Origin: an uncultured Acidobacteriota bacterium
GTDB taxonomy: Bacteria > Acidobacteriota > Blastocatellia > RBC074
DNA: 64,000 bases
Reading direction: 5' to 3'
Assembly (NCBI GenBank): GCA_963796275.1
Contig: CAWCKY010000004.1
Span: 256,001-320,000 of the forward strand
The notes beneath the pieces were generated by a model that was not told where the DNA came from, did not search any database, and saw only the letters and a program-made list of their open reading frames with translations. A program made the position numbers and the translations under genes. Shown in pieces: positions 10,253-20,763 of the stretch (its first letter is position 1; each line of letters opens with the position of its first letter).

Positions 10253-11469
10253 TTAAATTTTTGTTCCAATCGCATTCGCGTCGAGTAAATCAGCCACCGT
10301 ATTGACATCTTTATCACCCCGGCCCGAGAGATTGACCAGAACGATCTCTTCTTTCGACAAGCGCGGCGCGAGCTTTACCAAATGAGCTATGGCATGCGCC
10401 GATTCGAGCGCCGGCATGATGCCTTCCGTCCGCGTCAACAGAAGAAACGCCTCGAGCGCTTCCTGATCGTCCGCTGAAACATATTCGACGCGCCCTCGAT
10501 CGTGTAAATAAGCGTGCTCGGGACCGACGCTCGGATAATCGAGCCCAGCGGAGATCGAATGCGTCGATGCGATCTGGCCGCGATTATCCTGTAAAACGTA
10601 GCTGCGCGTCCCCTGCAGGACGCCGGTGCTGCCGCCACCCTCCTCCAGGAACCGCGCCGCGTGTTCCCCAAGAGCTAATCCCCTGCCGCCAGCCTCGACG
10701 CCTATCATCTTCACGTTTGGATCATCCAAAAATTCATAGAAGAGCCCCATCGCGTTGCTCCCACCGCCGACACACGCGAGCAGGTAATCGGGCAATCGAT
10801 TGCAGCGTTCGAGCATTTGCGCCCGCGCTTCCCGTCCGATCACGCTCTGAAAATCGCGCACCATCATCGGATATGGGTGAGGGCCGAGCACGGATCCGAG
10901 CAGGTAATGAGTATCGCCGACATTGGTCACCCAGTCGCGTAAAGCTTCGTTGATTGCGTCCTTGAGCGTTCGGCTGCCCGCATCGACTCCGACGACCTCT
11001 GCGCCGAGCAACTTCATGCGGAAGACATTCAACGCCTGCCGTCGCATATCCTCGGTGCCCATGTAAACCAGACACTTCATTCCGGTCATCGCACAAACGG
11101 TCGCGGTCGCCACGCCGTGCTGCCCTGCCCCGGTCTCGGCGATGATACGGCGTTTGCCCATTCGTCTGGCGAGCAGTATTTGCCCCAGTGCATTGTTGAT
11201 CTTATGCGCACCTGTATGATTGAGGTCTTCGCGCTTCAGGTAGACTTGTGCGCCTCCCAGATGCTTCGTCAGTCTCTCGGCCAATGTGATAGGAGTCGGG
11301 CGGCCCACATATTCGCGCAACAGGGTTTCAAATTCGCGTTGAAATGACTGATCAAGGCGAGCTTCGGCATAAGCGGCTTTGAGCTCTTCCAGGGGATGCA
11401 TCAATGTTTCCGGGACGAAGCTGCCGCCGTAATGTCCGAAATGCCCCCCGTTGTCCGGCAAAGAATCGA

Positions 11470-11473
<4 letters not shown>
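10253..11473 (-). CDS. trpB: Tryptophan synthase beta chain
   Basis: [18 protein letters not shown] site, [15 protein letters not shown] and NLSGRGDKD. Confidence 0.98.
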
Positions 11474-12099
<626 letters not shown>

Positions 12100-12143
12100 G
12101 ATGCCGGGCCCAAGCCCCCCCACAGAATCGATCGTCTCGCAAC

Positions 12144-12298
12144 CAGCGCCGGAGGCGCGCAATGTCTATAGTTCACGGCTATCACCATAACCCAAGCTCC
12201 GAAAGGAGCGAAATGTGACCGCGCCCACATTTCGCTCCTTCCGGAGCTTGCCAGATTTGGGTGATCGAATACTATAGATATCCGGCTCCTCCGGAGCC
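12144..12298. repeat. REP-like long palindromic element family C
   Basis: CAAGCTCCGAAAGGAGCGAAATGTG...CACATTTCGCTCCTTCCGGAGCTTG stem with outer CTATAG arms; related copy at 44909-45060. Confidence 0.8.
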
Positions 12299-12352
12299 AT
12301 CAGAACTGCAATCAGAACTGATTGATAACAGAACAGCTTTAATTTGCACTCG

Positions 12353-13129
12353 TCAACTAATCAAATCTCGCAGCGCCTTCCCTTCATCAGCTGCACGCAA
12401 CAGTTCCTCGCCGATCAGGAAAGCGTCGAACCCTGCGGCGCGCAAACGTTCAATGTCTTCACGCGTGCGAATTCCGCTTTCGCTGACGAGCGTGATCGAT
12501 TTCGGTAATTTATCGGCAAGCTCCAGGGAATTCTCGATTTTCGTCTCGAATGTCCGCAGGTCGCGATTGTTGACGCCGAGCAAACGCACATCGCACCGCA
12601 TCGCTCGCTCGACCTCAGCGAGGTCGTGCACCTCGACGAGCGCGTCGAGCCCCAGGCCATAAGCCGTCTGCAACAGGTCACTCAATTGCGTTTCGTCAAG
12701 TATCGAAACAATGAGGAGAATCGCATCAGCTCCGGCGTGCGCCGCTTCATAAATCTGATACTGATCGAAGATGAAATCTTTTCGCAGCAGCGGGCGGTCC
12801 GTCACTTCGTCCACGAAGCGCAGAAAATCGAGCGAGCCGTCGAAAAAATCTTCCTCGGTCAACACCGAGAGCGCGGCAGCGCCGTTCGACGCATAGTTGC
12901 GCGCGATCGTCACGGGATCGAAGTTTTCGCGAATGATTCCCTTCGAAGGCGAGCGTCTTTTTATCTCGGCAATAACGTTGATGCCATCGTTCTGCAATGG
13001 CCTGATGAAGCGGCCCGTGCCAAAGCTGGTCGGCATCGTCGAGAGCAATTCGCCGAATGGTATCTGATTCTTTGCCTCATTCAGCCTTTCGCGTTTGCGC
13101 GAGAGTATCCGTTCCAGAATATCGTTCAT
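12353..13129 (-). CDS. trpC: Indole-3-glycerol phosphate synthase
   Basis: IAEIKRRSPSKG, SVLTE, LRKDFI, GVNNRDL and VSESGI. Confidence 0.97.
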   Translation of the reverse strand: MNDILERILSRKRERLNEAKNQIPFGELLSTMPTSFGTGRFIRPLQNDGINVIAEIKRRSPSKGIIRENFDPVTIARNYASNGAAALSVLTEEDFFDGSLDFLRFVDEVTDRPLLRKDFIFDQYQIYEAAHAGADAILLIVSILDETQLSDLLQTAYGLGLDALVEVHDLAEVERAMRCDVRLLGVNNRDLRTFETKIENSLELADKLPKSITLVSESGIRTREDIERLRAAGFDAFLIGEELLRAADEGKALRDLIS

Positions 13130-14142
13130 AAATTACTCAAATGTCGCAGCGACTCGAGTTTATGCATAGCTGCACCTTCATCGATCATCTCTCCTGCCAG
13201 TCGAATCGAGTCGACGAACGTCGCGTCTCCATCTGCTACGTGCAGCGAGGCGGCGGCGTTTATCAGTATCAGATCGCGCGCAGCATCGCGCCGTGCTCCC
13301 GATAACACATCACCAATAAGCTTCGCATTATCTTCCGCTGAACCGCTTCTCAGGCTATCGGGCGTTCTGCGCCGCAATCCGAACTCTTCAGGGGAAACTT
13401 CGAAGCGTTTTACACCATGCAGGGAAACCTCGTGTATGACCGTTTTATCAAATATTGTTATTTCGTCCAACCCATCTGCGCCTCTGACTATCCAGGCGCG
13501 TTCTGTGCTGCCCAACCTTGACAACGCCATCGCCACTTTACCGCACGCCGCCTCGTGTGAGACGCCGATGACCTGAAACGGCGCGCCCGCCGGATTGGTA
13601 AGCGGGCCGAGAAGGTTGAATATCGTTCGCACGCCGAGATCGCGGCGAACTATAGCTACCCGCCTCGTAGCCGCGTGATGCAATGGCGCGAACATAAAAC
13701 ATAAACCGATCTCGTCAAAAATCTCACCGACGCGGCCGGGATCCAGATCGACCTTTACGCCGAGTGCGCGCAGGACGTCGGCGCTTCCCGCTTTGGTCGT
13801 CACCCCAACGTTCCCGTGTTTGGCGACCGGCATACCCGCCGCCGCGACTACGAATGCCGCAGCCGTCGAGACGTTGAAAGTTTTAACCTGGCTACCTCCG
13901 GTGCCGCAGGTGTCGACAAATTTCGCATGCTTCGTCGCAATCCGGGCACAGCGGGAGCGCATAGTCTCGGCAAATCCGGCCAGCTCCTCTTCCGTCTCGC
14001 CCTTCGCCGCGAGGGCGACCAGCGCGGCTGCGATACGAGCATCGGTAACATCATCGGCAAGAATCGCATTGAGCAGCGACGCCGCCTCAGTCTGCGTCAG
14101 GTCCTTGCCAGCGATAATCTGGTCAAGCAGCGATGTGAGCAT
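13126..14142 (-). CDS. trpD: Anthranilate phosphoribosyltransferase (start MLTSLL at 14142)
   Basis: DTCGTGG, TFNVST, AKHGN and RTIFNLLGPLTNP; ATG overlaps the trpG stop. Confidence 0.97.
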   Translation of the reverse strand: MLTSLLDQIIAGKDLTQTEAASLLNAILADDVTDARIAAALVALAAKGETEEELAGFAETMRSRCARIATKHAKFVDTCGTGGSQVKTFNVSTAAAFVVAAAGMPVAKHGNVGVTTKAGSADVLRALGVKVDLDPGRVGEIFDEIGLCFMFAPLHHAATRRVAIVRRDLGVRTIFNLLGPLTNPAGAPFQVIGVSHEAACGKVAMALSRLGSTERAWIVRGADGLDEITIFDKTVIHEVSLHGVKRFEVSPEEFGLRRRTPDSLRSGSAEDNAKLIGDVLSGARRDAARDLILINAAASLHVADGDATFVDSIRLAGEMIDEGAAMHKLESLRHLSNL

Positions 14143-14708
14143 CAATTCAACCTGAGGAAATTGCGAAGTAAATCTTTTCCGGCACCGGTCATTATCGACT
14201 CGGGATGAAACTGTACGCCCTCGCATATGAATTCGCGATGGCGCAATCCCATAACCAGCCCGTCTGATGTAGTCGCGGATATCTCCAATACGGCGGGAAC
14301 GCTCGCCCGATCGACGATCAGCGAGTGATATCGCGTGGCCGTGAAGGGATTTTCCATACCATCAAAAACCGTGCGTCCATCGTGCAGGATTTGACTCGTC
14401 TTCCCGTGCATAATATACGGCGCGCGCACAACCGACCCGCCGAAGACTTGACCGATCGCCTGGTGTCCCAGGCATACGCCGAGCAGCGGAATAGCGCCGG
14501 CGAAATGGCGAATCACATCGATCGTGATGCCAGCGTGCTCAGGATCACAGGGTCCCGGTGAGACGACGATTCGCGCGGGCGCAAGTTTTTCAATCTCTTC
14601 GATAGTGATCTGATCGTTGCGCGCTACTTTTATCTCAGCCCCGAGCTCGCCCAAATACTGCACGAGGTTGTAAGTGAACGAGTCGTAGTTGTCTATAACC
14701 AGGATCAT
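14142..14708 (-). CDS. trpG: Anthranilate synthase component II (glutamine amidotransferase)
   Basis: [27 protein letters not shown] and GVQFHPES; lies within the trp cluster. Confidence 0.93.
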   Translation of the reverse strand: MILVIDNYDSFTYNLVQYLGELGAEIKVARNDQITIEEIEKLAPARIVVSPGPCDPEHAGITIDVIRHFAGAIPLLGVCLGHQAIGQVFGGSVVRAPYIMHGKTSQILHDGRTVFDGMENPFTATRYHSLIVDRASVPAVLEISATTSDGLVMGLRHREFICEGVQFHPESIMTGAGKDLLRNFLRLN

Positions 14709-14710
14709 AG

Positions 14711-14905
14711 CAGTTTTCAGTTTTCAGTTTTCAGTTTTCAGTTTTCAGTTTTCAGTTCGCTGTGTTGATTCACAGTTACCAGATGTTGGTTCACCAACTG
14801 AAAATTTAAAACTGAAAACTCATTTCTTCCTTCAGTTTTCAGTTCGCCGTTTTGATTCACAGTCCAGATATTGGCCCACCAACTGAAAACTTAAAACTGA
14901 AAACT
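14711..14905. repeat. Two tandem heptamer-armed palindromic elements, (TTTTCAG)n-core-(CTGAAAA)n
   Basis: Six or more GTTTTCA units, core TTGATTCACAG, then ACTGAAA units; the whole unit occurs twice. Confidence 0.85.
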
Positions 14906-15798
14906 CATTTCTTCCTGTATGCCTGACAGGAAGATTTATCAATGCGAATCAGAAGCGCAAGAGCCAACCGGTAACCTAGATGAACGCTCTCTATTTTAAC
15001 GTTTTCCGCTTTATCATTGCCCGTGTGCAGGATATTTTTCCAATTATTGCTCAGCCCGTGAATCGTAATGGCCGGTATATTTTTCTTGATAAACGAATCC
15101 GAATCGGAGCTTCCGCCGGTGAAGTACCTGCGCTCGAATGGAATGTTCATTTCCTTGGCGAGATTGGCCACCAATTCGATCAGCTTCTTGCTCGAAATGC
15201 TCTCGATCACTTGCGGTACAGCGAGGCCAATGCTGTCCATATTGATCATCGCGCAATACTCCGCCGCCTGCGCTTTCTTGATCGTATCGACCATGGCGGC
15301 TGATCCGAACAGTCCCTTCTCTTCTTCACCGAAAGCGACGAATACGAGGGTCTTGTTGAGCGGGACTTCTTTCAGCGTGCGATAGATATGAGCCAGAGCG
15401 ACGATCCCGGTCCAGTTGTCTACTGCCCCGCACCCCGAACCGGTTTTGTCGTAATGCGCGCCAATAACGATCTTCTCATTCGTAGTCTCGGGAGAAGCCG
15501 CAACCTTGCGAATGACGACATTCTCGACGTTTTTGAATTTGTCGATAGTTATCTCCGCCGGGTCCGCCCCCATTCTTTCAAACAAAGCCTTGACCGCGTT
15601 CAGGCGTTCATCATTCTGACAGGGGACCGAATCAAACTCAGCCCTCATCTCATCAGCGGTGGAAAGCTGTATCCCATTCCCGTCTTGTGCGCAGATGCTA
15701 ATCTTGAGGCTAAAGCAGAAGAGGATGGAGAGGATAGCCGCGACAAAATATTTTTCGCCTTTCTCTTCCTTTTTTGCTTTTTTTATATCACTTTGCAT
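14905..15798 (-). CDS. M28 family metallopeptidase, secreted
   Basis: IVIGAHYD, GAVDNWTG, FGEEEKGLFGS, INMDSIG, SDS and HTGND. Confidence 0.88.
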   Translation of the reverse strand: MQSDIKKAKKEEKGEKYFVAAILSILFCFSLKISICAQDGNGIQLSTADEMRAEFDSVPCQNDERLNAVKALFERMGADPAEITIDKFKNVENVVIRKVAASPETTNEKIVIGAHYDKTGSGCGAVDNWTGIVALAHIYRTLKEVPLNKTLVFVAFGEEEKGLFGSAAMVDTIKKAQAAEYCAMINMDSIGLAVPQVIESISSKKLIELVANLAKEMNIPFERRYFTGGSSDSDSFIKKNIPAITIHGLSNNWKNILHTGNDKAENVKIESVHLGYRLALALLIRIDKSSCQAYRKK

Positions 15799-17022
15799 TT
15801 AAGGTTTGATCACCGCTTCAATCAATTCGATTCGTTCAACAGGTGTTTGCCCATCCTCCCGCCGGTTCACCTTCTCCAACAGGTCTAGCGTCTCGAAGCC
15901 GTCAACGACCCTTCCGAAGATCGTATACTTGCTGTCGAGATTGGGCGCGGGCGCAACCACCAGGAAAAATGAGGTCGCCGCCGAATCAGGATCATTGGTG
16001 CGCGCCATTGAAAGGACTCCGCGCAGATGTTTGCGCGTCTGGCTGAATTCGCCTTTCAATTTTCGCACCCATTTATCGGCATAATGTGACGTCTGGCCGG
16101 CGCGCGTCTCACCCACTCCCCCCTGCACAACGAAGCCGGGCACGATGCGGTGAAAAGCCGTGTGATCGTACCAGCCTGTCTGCACCAGCTTCAGAAAATT
16201 TCGGACATGTTCGGGCGCGAGCTCCGGTTCGAGCGCCACGGTAATATCGCCGAGACTGGTATGCAAGAAAACCTCTTTTCGCATCTCATCGATGCCGGCG
16301 TCCGTGAACGGCTCTTCGCGCTTCGGCTCGATCTTGATGCTCAGGATCTTGACCGGTGTGACGGTTTTCTGCTCGGCGTCAGCCTCGACCAGCGAAATCT
16401 TATCGACAACCTCTATCCCCTCGGTCACCTGGCCAAAAGCCGAGTATTGACCATCGAGAGCCGATTGCGGCGAGGCGCAGATAAAAAATTGTGCGCCATC
16501 GCTGTTCGCCTTTCCCGAGATGCGCACGGTCGAAACGATGCCGCGCACGTGTTTGACATCGCTAAATTCATCGGGGATCTGGTTGAGTCCCCCTGTCCCC
16601 CAACGCGCGCGCGGCGTCTTCGTATCTTTCAAGAGCGGGTCGCCGCCCTGAATGACCCCGCGCTCGATAACGCGGTGGAATGCCGAGCCGTCATAAAATC
16701 CGCCCCGCGCGTTCTTGACGAACGCCTGTACGTGCTTCGGTGCTTTGTCGGGAAGAAATTCAAAACGAATCGTCCCCAGATCTGTGGTGATAACCGCTTC
16801 GAGCTTGGCCGCTTCCTCGAGCGAAACCGGCGGCTCCGCTCCTGCCCGGGGTGCGTTCTTTTTCCGCGGCGGTTGCGCCAATGAAGTTATGCTCAGCAAT
16901 ACGAAGCAGACCAGTACCGCGAACGATTGCGAGCGAGTCTTCACCAATCGATCATTGAGAATTGGCTCGCCAGCGCTTGAGGAGCTGTCCGATTCGAGCC
17001 GCGCATGCCGCGATAGTCTCAT
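15799..17022 (-). CDS. Tandem two-domain cyclophilin-type peptidyl-prolyl isomerase, exported (start at 17022 overlapping the trpE stop)
   Basis: Two FYDG/WYDH-x-x-FHR-x-x-x-x-x-x-QGG cyclophilin domains; hydrophobic signal segment. Confidence 0.9.
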   Translation of the reverse strand: MRLSRHARLESDSSSSAGEPILNDRLVKTRSQSFAVLVCFVLLSITSLAQPPRKKNAPRAGAEPPVSLEEAAKLEAVITTDLGTIRFEFLPDKAPKHVQAFVKNARGGFYDGSAFHRVIERGVIQGGDPLLKDTKTPRARWGTGGLNQIPDEFSDVKHVRGIVSTVRISGKANSDGAQFFICASPQSALDGQYSAFGQVTEGIEVVDKISLVEADAEQKTVTPVKILSIKIEPKREEPFTDAGIDEMRKEVFLHTSLGDITVALEPELAPEHVRNFLKLVQTGWYDHTAFHRIVPGFVVQGGVGETRAGQTSHYADKWVRKLKGEFSQTRKHLRGVLSMARTNDPDSAATSFFLVVAPAPNLDSKYTIFGRVVDGFETLDLLEKVNRREDGQTPVERIELIEAVIKP

Positions 17023-18530
17023 AACTCTTTCTCCGCCATTTCGATCGCGCGAACCAACGCGCGCGATTTGTTGATCGTCTCCTGATATTCCATATCGGGG
17101 ATGGAATCGGCGACGATGCCCCCGCCCGCCTGTATGTATGCTCTTTTGCCGCGCGTATACATCGTTCGAAGCACAATGCATGAATCCAAATTCCCTGAAT
17201 AATCGAAGTACATTACCGCCCCGGCATAGGCTCCTCTGCGGGTCGGTTCGAGCTCATCGATGATCTCCATGGCGCGGACCTTGGGGGCTCCTGACAAAGT
17301 GCCGGCGGGGAATGTCGCGGCGAGCGCATCGAAGCAGTCCAGACCCTCCTCGAGCGTAGCCTTCAACGATGAAACCAGATGCATGACGTGCGAGAATCGC
17401 TCGACAAACATTAAGCCGGCGACCTGAACCGAACCATACTTCGCGACGCGGCCGAGATCGTTGCGCCCCAGATCGACGAGCATAACGTGCTCGGCCCGCT
17501 CTTTTTCGTCAGCGAGCAATTTTTCCGCCAGTTCGTCATCCTCGATTTCAGTCTCGCCGCGCCGGTATGTCCCGGCGATCGGTCGATATTCCAATTGCCC
17601 GCTCGCACAGCGGACGAGCATTTCGGGAGAGGCCCCGAGTAACGTCTCGTCTCCTCCCAATTTCAAAAAGAACATATACGGCGATGGATTGATAACCCTC
17701 AATGCCCGGTAGACCTGAAATGGATGCGAGGCCAGGTCGGTTTCGAATCGTTGCGAAAAGACGACCTGAAAAGCATCGCCGGCGCGGATGTACTCCTTAA
17801 TCCGGTCGACCGAGGCGAGATAATGCTCCATCGGCATATTCGATCTGATTTGCAACGGCTCCGTGCGACGCGTTACCGGCGGCAGTTCTACCGGCGCAAG
17901 GAGCGATGCCTCGAGTCGCGCAATCTCGCCGCAGGCCGATATATATCGTTCGCGCAGATTGTCGCCATCCCTCGCGCCTTCCGTAAAAACATTGGCGATG
18001 ATATGAATTTGATGTTTGACGTGATCGAATGCGAGGAGGCTGGAGAAGAACATCACCATCGCCGTGTCCATCTGCAGATCGTCTTTGGCCCGATCGGGCA
18101 GGCGCTCGAACCAGCGCACGGCATCGTATCCGAAAAACCCGACCGCTCCGCATGAAAATGGAGGCAAGCCAGGAGGTTTGACCGGACGCTCGCGCCGCAT
18201 CATTTCGCGTAACACATCTATCAGAGAATCCTTGAGGCTCTCGCGTTTCCCATCGGCTCGATCGATCGTCACTTCATCGCCTCTGGCTCGCACGATCGTG
18301 TGAGGGGCACAGCCCAGGAAGGAATAACGCGCTATTTTCTCTCCTCCCTCGATCGATTCGAGCAAGAAAGCGTGCTGCGATTTGCGTTCGATGCGCAGAT
18401 AAGCCGAGACGGGCGTGAGCAAGTCGGCCATCACCGTTTTGACGAGAGGCACAACCGTCCCCTGCGCGGCGAGCGCGAGAAACTCTTCGTAAGTTGCTGG
18501 TGTTATCTGGGACATAGAGACAGATGCCAT
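17019..18530 (-). CDS. trpE: Anthranilate synthase component I
   Basis: LLES (Trp feedback site), NPSPYM, ASPE, PIAGT, EHVMLVDLGRND and PAGTLSGAPK. Confidence 0.96.
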   Translation of the reverse strand: MASVSMSQITPATYEEFLALAAQGTVVPLVKTVMADLLTPVSAYLRIERKSQHAFLLESIEGGEKIARYSFLGCAPHTIVRARGDEVTIDRADGKRESLKDSLIDVLREMMRRERPVKPPGLPPFSCGAVGFFGYDAVRWFERLPDRAKDDLQMDTAMVMFFSSLLAFDHVKHQIHIIANVFTEGARDGDNLRERYISACGEIARLEASLLAPVELPPVTRRTEPLQIRSNMPMEHYLASVDRIKEYIRAGDAFQVVFSQRFETDLASHPFQVYRALRVINPSPYMFFLKLGGDETLLGASPEMLVRCASGQLEYRPIAGTYRRGETEIEDDELAEKLLADEKERAEHVMLVDLGRNDLGRVAKYGSVQVAGLMFVERFSHVMHLVSSLKATLEEGLDCFDALAATFPAGTLSGAPKVRAMEIIDELEPTRRGAYAGAVMYFDYSGNLDSCIVLRTMYTRGKRAYIQAGGGIVADSIPDMEYQETINKSRALVRAIEMAEKEL

Positions 18531-18644
18531 AGCATCTCGAAATCGTTTGGAGTTGCTCGTACGTTTGGAGTTTTTTTGGAGTTCCGCGTTTTGCGGTATT
18601 CTCCCCGGTAAATCTCCCGGTAAAAACCGCCGCTCTTGACCTCC

Positions 18645-19040
18645 CTATACCTTCAATTGTTCGCAAGAAAACTCTAAAAGATTTCCATCGGGGTCTTTTA
18701 TCGTGCAGAAATATCCTACGATCGGGCCGGCATACTGCGGCTCATCGACGAGAATCCCCGCGATTCGCGCCCGCCCGGCAATCGCATCGACGTCAGCGCG
18801 CGAACTGACATGAAATCCGAAGTGATCCATCCTCCCCTTCGCACCTCCCTCGTCGCTCTCGACCAACACAATAATCAAGCCCGATTGATCGTGCGCGAGC
18901 CTCACCCACGAAACGCGATGTGCCGATCCGGCGTCCTGCCGCTGGTGTACCACTCGCATGGCAGCCCACTCGGTGTAAAATCGAGCGGCGCGCTCCGTGT
19001 CTGCCGTCAACATTGCAACATGATCAAGTCGTTCAATCAT
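18645..19040 (-). CDS. VOC/glyoxalase family protein
   Basis: LDHVAM...DHFGFHV...[10 protein letters not shown]. Confidence 0.85.
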   Translation of the reverse strand: MIERLDHVAMLTADTERAARFYTEWAAMRVVHQRQDAGSAHRVSWVRLAHDQSGLIIVLVESDEGGAKGRMDHFGFHVSSRADVDAIAGRARIAGILVDEPQYAGPIVGYFCTIKDPDGNLLEFSCEQLKV

Positions 19041-19825
19041 TTCTTTTTGCCGGTTCGCTCGTTCAACTCATTCAGGATATCCTGCAGACTGACATTTCGT
19101 TCGACCATCAACACGAGCAGGTGATAAAGCAGATCGCTGATCTCAGCCGAAAGCTGCTTCCTCCCCTCTTCCAAATCGGTGTTTTTTGCCGCGATGATGG
19201 TTTCGGCCGACTCTTCACCGACTTTCTTCAAAATCTTGTCGAGCCCGCTATTGAACAGATAAGTAGTGTATGAGCCTTCGGGGCGTTGATCTTGCCGCTC
19301 CTGTATCAGGTTGAATAAATCCTGGAGCAGGATGCCCAGGTCCATAGCCGCCACATTGACCAGAGAGAGCGCTGTCTGCGCCTGTTCGATCTTTGACTCC
19401 GGTTTTTCTAGCAGTCCGGCCGCTTGCCCTCCCGCGTCCTCTTCGTTGCCCCCACGACTGGGATTTGAAATTTGAACTCTCTCTTTATCACCCCCAGTGG
19501 CTCCGGCAGTTTGAAAGAAGCAGGTTCTCTCGCCCGTATGACACGCCGGTCCTTTCGGATCGACGCGCACCAATAATGCATCGCCATCACAGTCGAGTCT
19601 GATATCCACCACCCGCTGGATATTTCCCGATGTCGCGCCTTTGTGCCAGAGCTCCTGCCGCGAACGACTCCAGAACCAGGTCTCACCCGTCTGCAAAGTC
19701 TTGGCGAGGCTCTCCGCATTCATATAGGCGGCCATCAAAACTTCGTTCGTGCTATCGTCCTGAACGATAGTTGTGATCAGGCCGCGGTCATCAAAAACCA
19801 GATTGTGAATCAGCGCTTCAGTCAT
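19037..19825 (-). CDS. hisIE: Bifunctional phosphoribosyl-AMP cyclohydrolase / phosphoribosyl-ATP diphosphatase
   Basis: [22 protein letters not shown] and ACHTG (HisI); SYTTYLF, KKVGEE and DLLYH (HisE). Confidence 0.96.
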   Translation of the reverse strand: MTEALIHNLVFDDRGLITTIVQDDSTNEVLMAAYMNAESLAKTLQTGETWFWSRSRQELWHKGATSGNIQRVVDIRLDCDGDALLVRVDPKGPACHTGERTCFFQTAGATGGDKERVQISNPSRGGNEEDAGGQAAGLLEKPESKIEQAQTALSLVNVAAMDLGILLQDLFNLIQERQDQRPEGSYTTYLFNSGLDKILKKVGEESAETIIAAKNTDLEEGRKQLSAEISDLLYHLLVLMVERNVSLQDILNELNERTGKKK

Positions 19826-19862
19826 GACTCGGATATAAAATCATTTATCGATATAACATCAA

Positions 19863-20615
19863 TTATCGAACGAGTATACCGCGTTGGCGCAGATACTGCT
19901 TCGCCTCGCCAATGGTAAATTCGCCGAAATGAAAAATGGAAGCGGCCAGCACGGCGCTGGCCTTCCCCGCTGTCAGTGCTTGATGAAGATGTTCAAGATT
20001 TCCCGCCCCGCCCGAAGCAATTACCGGGATATTCACGGCTTCGGCAACCTCGCGTGTAAGTTCGAGATCATATCCGTCTTTGTGACCGTCGCGGTCCATA
20101 CTGGTGAGAAGTATTTCTCCTGCGCCGAGTTCTGCCGCTTTCTGCGCCCACTCGATCGCATCGATTCCCGCAGGCGTACGCCCGCCGTGGAGAAAGACTT
20201 CCCAGGCATTCCCCTTTCTTTTGGCATCGATGGCGACGACGATGCACTGCGCGCCAAAACGCTCCGCTCCCTCCCGAATCAGGCTTGGATTTTGCACGGC
20301 GGCTGTATTGACCGAAATCTTATCCGCGCCGGCTTTCAGAATCATCCTGATATCCTCAACCGTGCGGATGCCGCCTCCCACGGTGAAGGGGATGAAGACG
20401 CGATCGGCGACGCGCCGTACCATATCGGCTACGATCTCTCGCCGATCCGAGGACGCCGTGATATCCAGAAAGACCAGCTCATCCGCCCCCTCGCCATCAT
20501 AACGCGCGCCCTGCTCTACTGGATCGCCCGCGTCAATAAGATTGACGAAGCTTATGCCTTTTACCACGCGGCCGCGGTCTACATCCAGGCAGGGAATGAT
20601 TCGTTTCGCAAGCAT
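19863..20615 (-). CDS. hisF: Imidazole glycerol phosphate synthase cyclase subunit
   Basis: [34 protein letters not shown] and IASGGAG. Confidence 0.98.
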   Translation of the reverse strand: MLAKRIIPCLDVDRGRVVKGISFVNLIDAGDPVEQGARYDGEGADELVFLDITASSDRREIVADMVRRVADRVFIPFTVGGGIRTVEDIRMILKAGADKISVNTAAVQNPSLIREGAERFGAQCIVVAIDAKRKGNAWEVFLHGGRTPAGIDAIEWAQKAAELGAGEILLTSMDRDGHKDGYDLELTREVAEAVNIPVIASGGAGNLEHLHQALTAGKASAVLAASIFHFGEFTIGEAKQYLRQRGILVR

Positions 20616-20763
20616 ATTGATGGCGTCTGCGGAACCCGATTATAGATGCGCAATCACAGACAGAAGGAGGTAGGGAAGTTATATTTCCCGACCTCTCTCC
20701 TTCTATTGTATTTTTGTCAGCTTGTTATTTCTGCGGCGAATCTTCAATCGCAATTCGCAGCCG

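Noticed and set aside
18531-18644. trpL-type attenuator upstream of trpE
   Set aside because: No short ORF with tandem Trp codons; the region is a partial family B REP.
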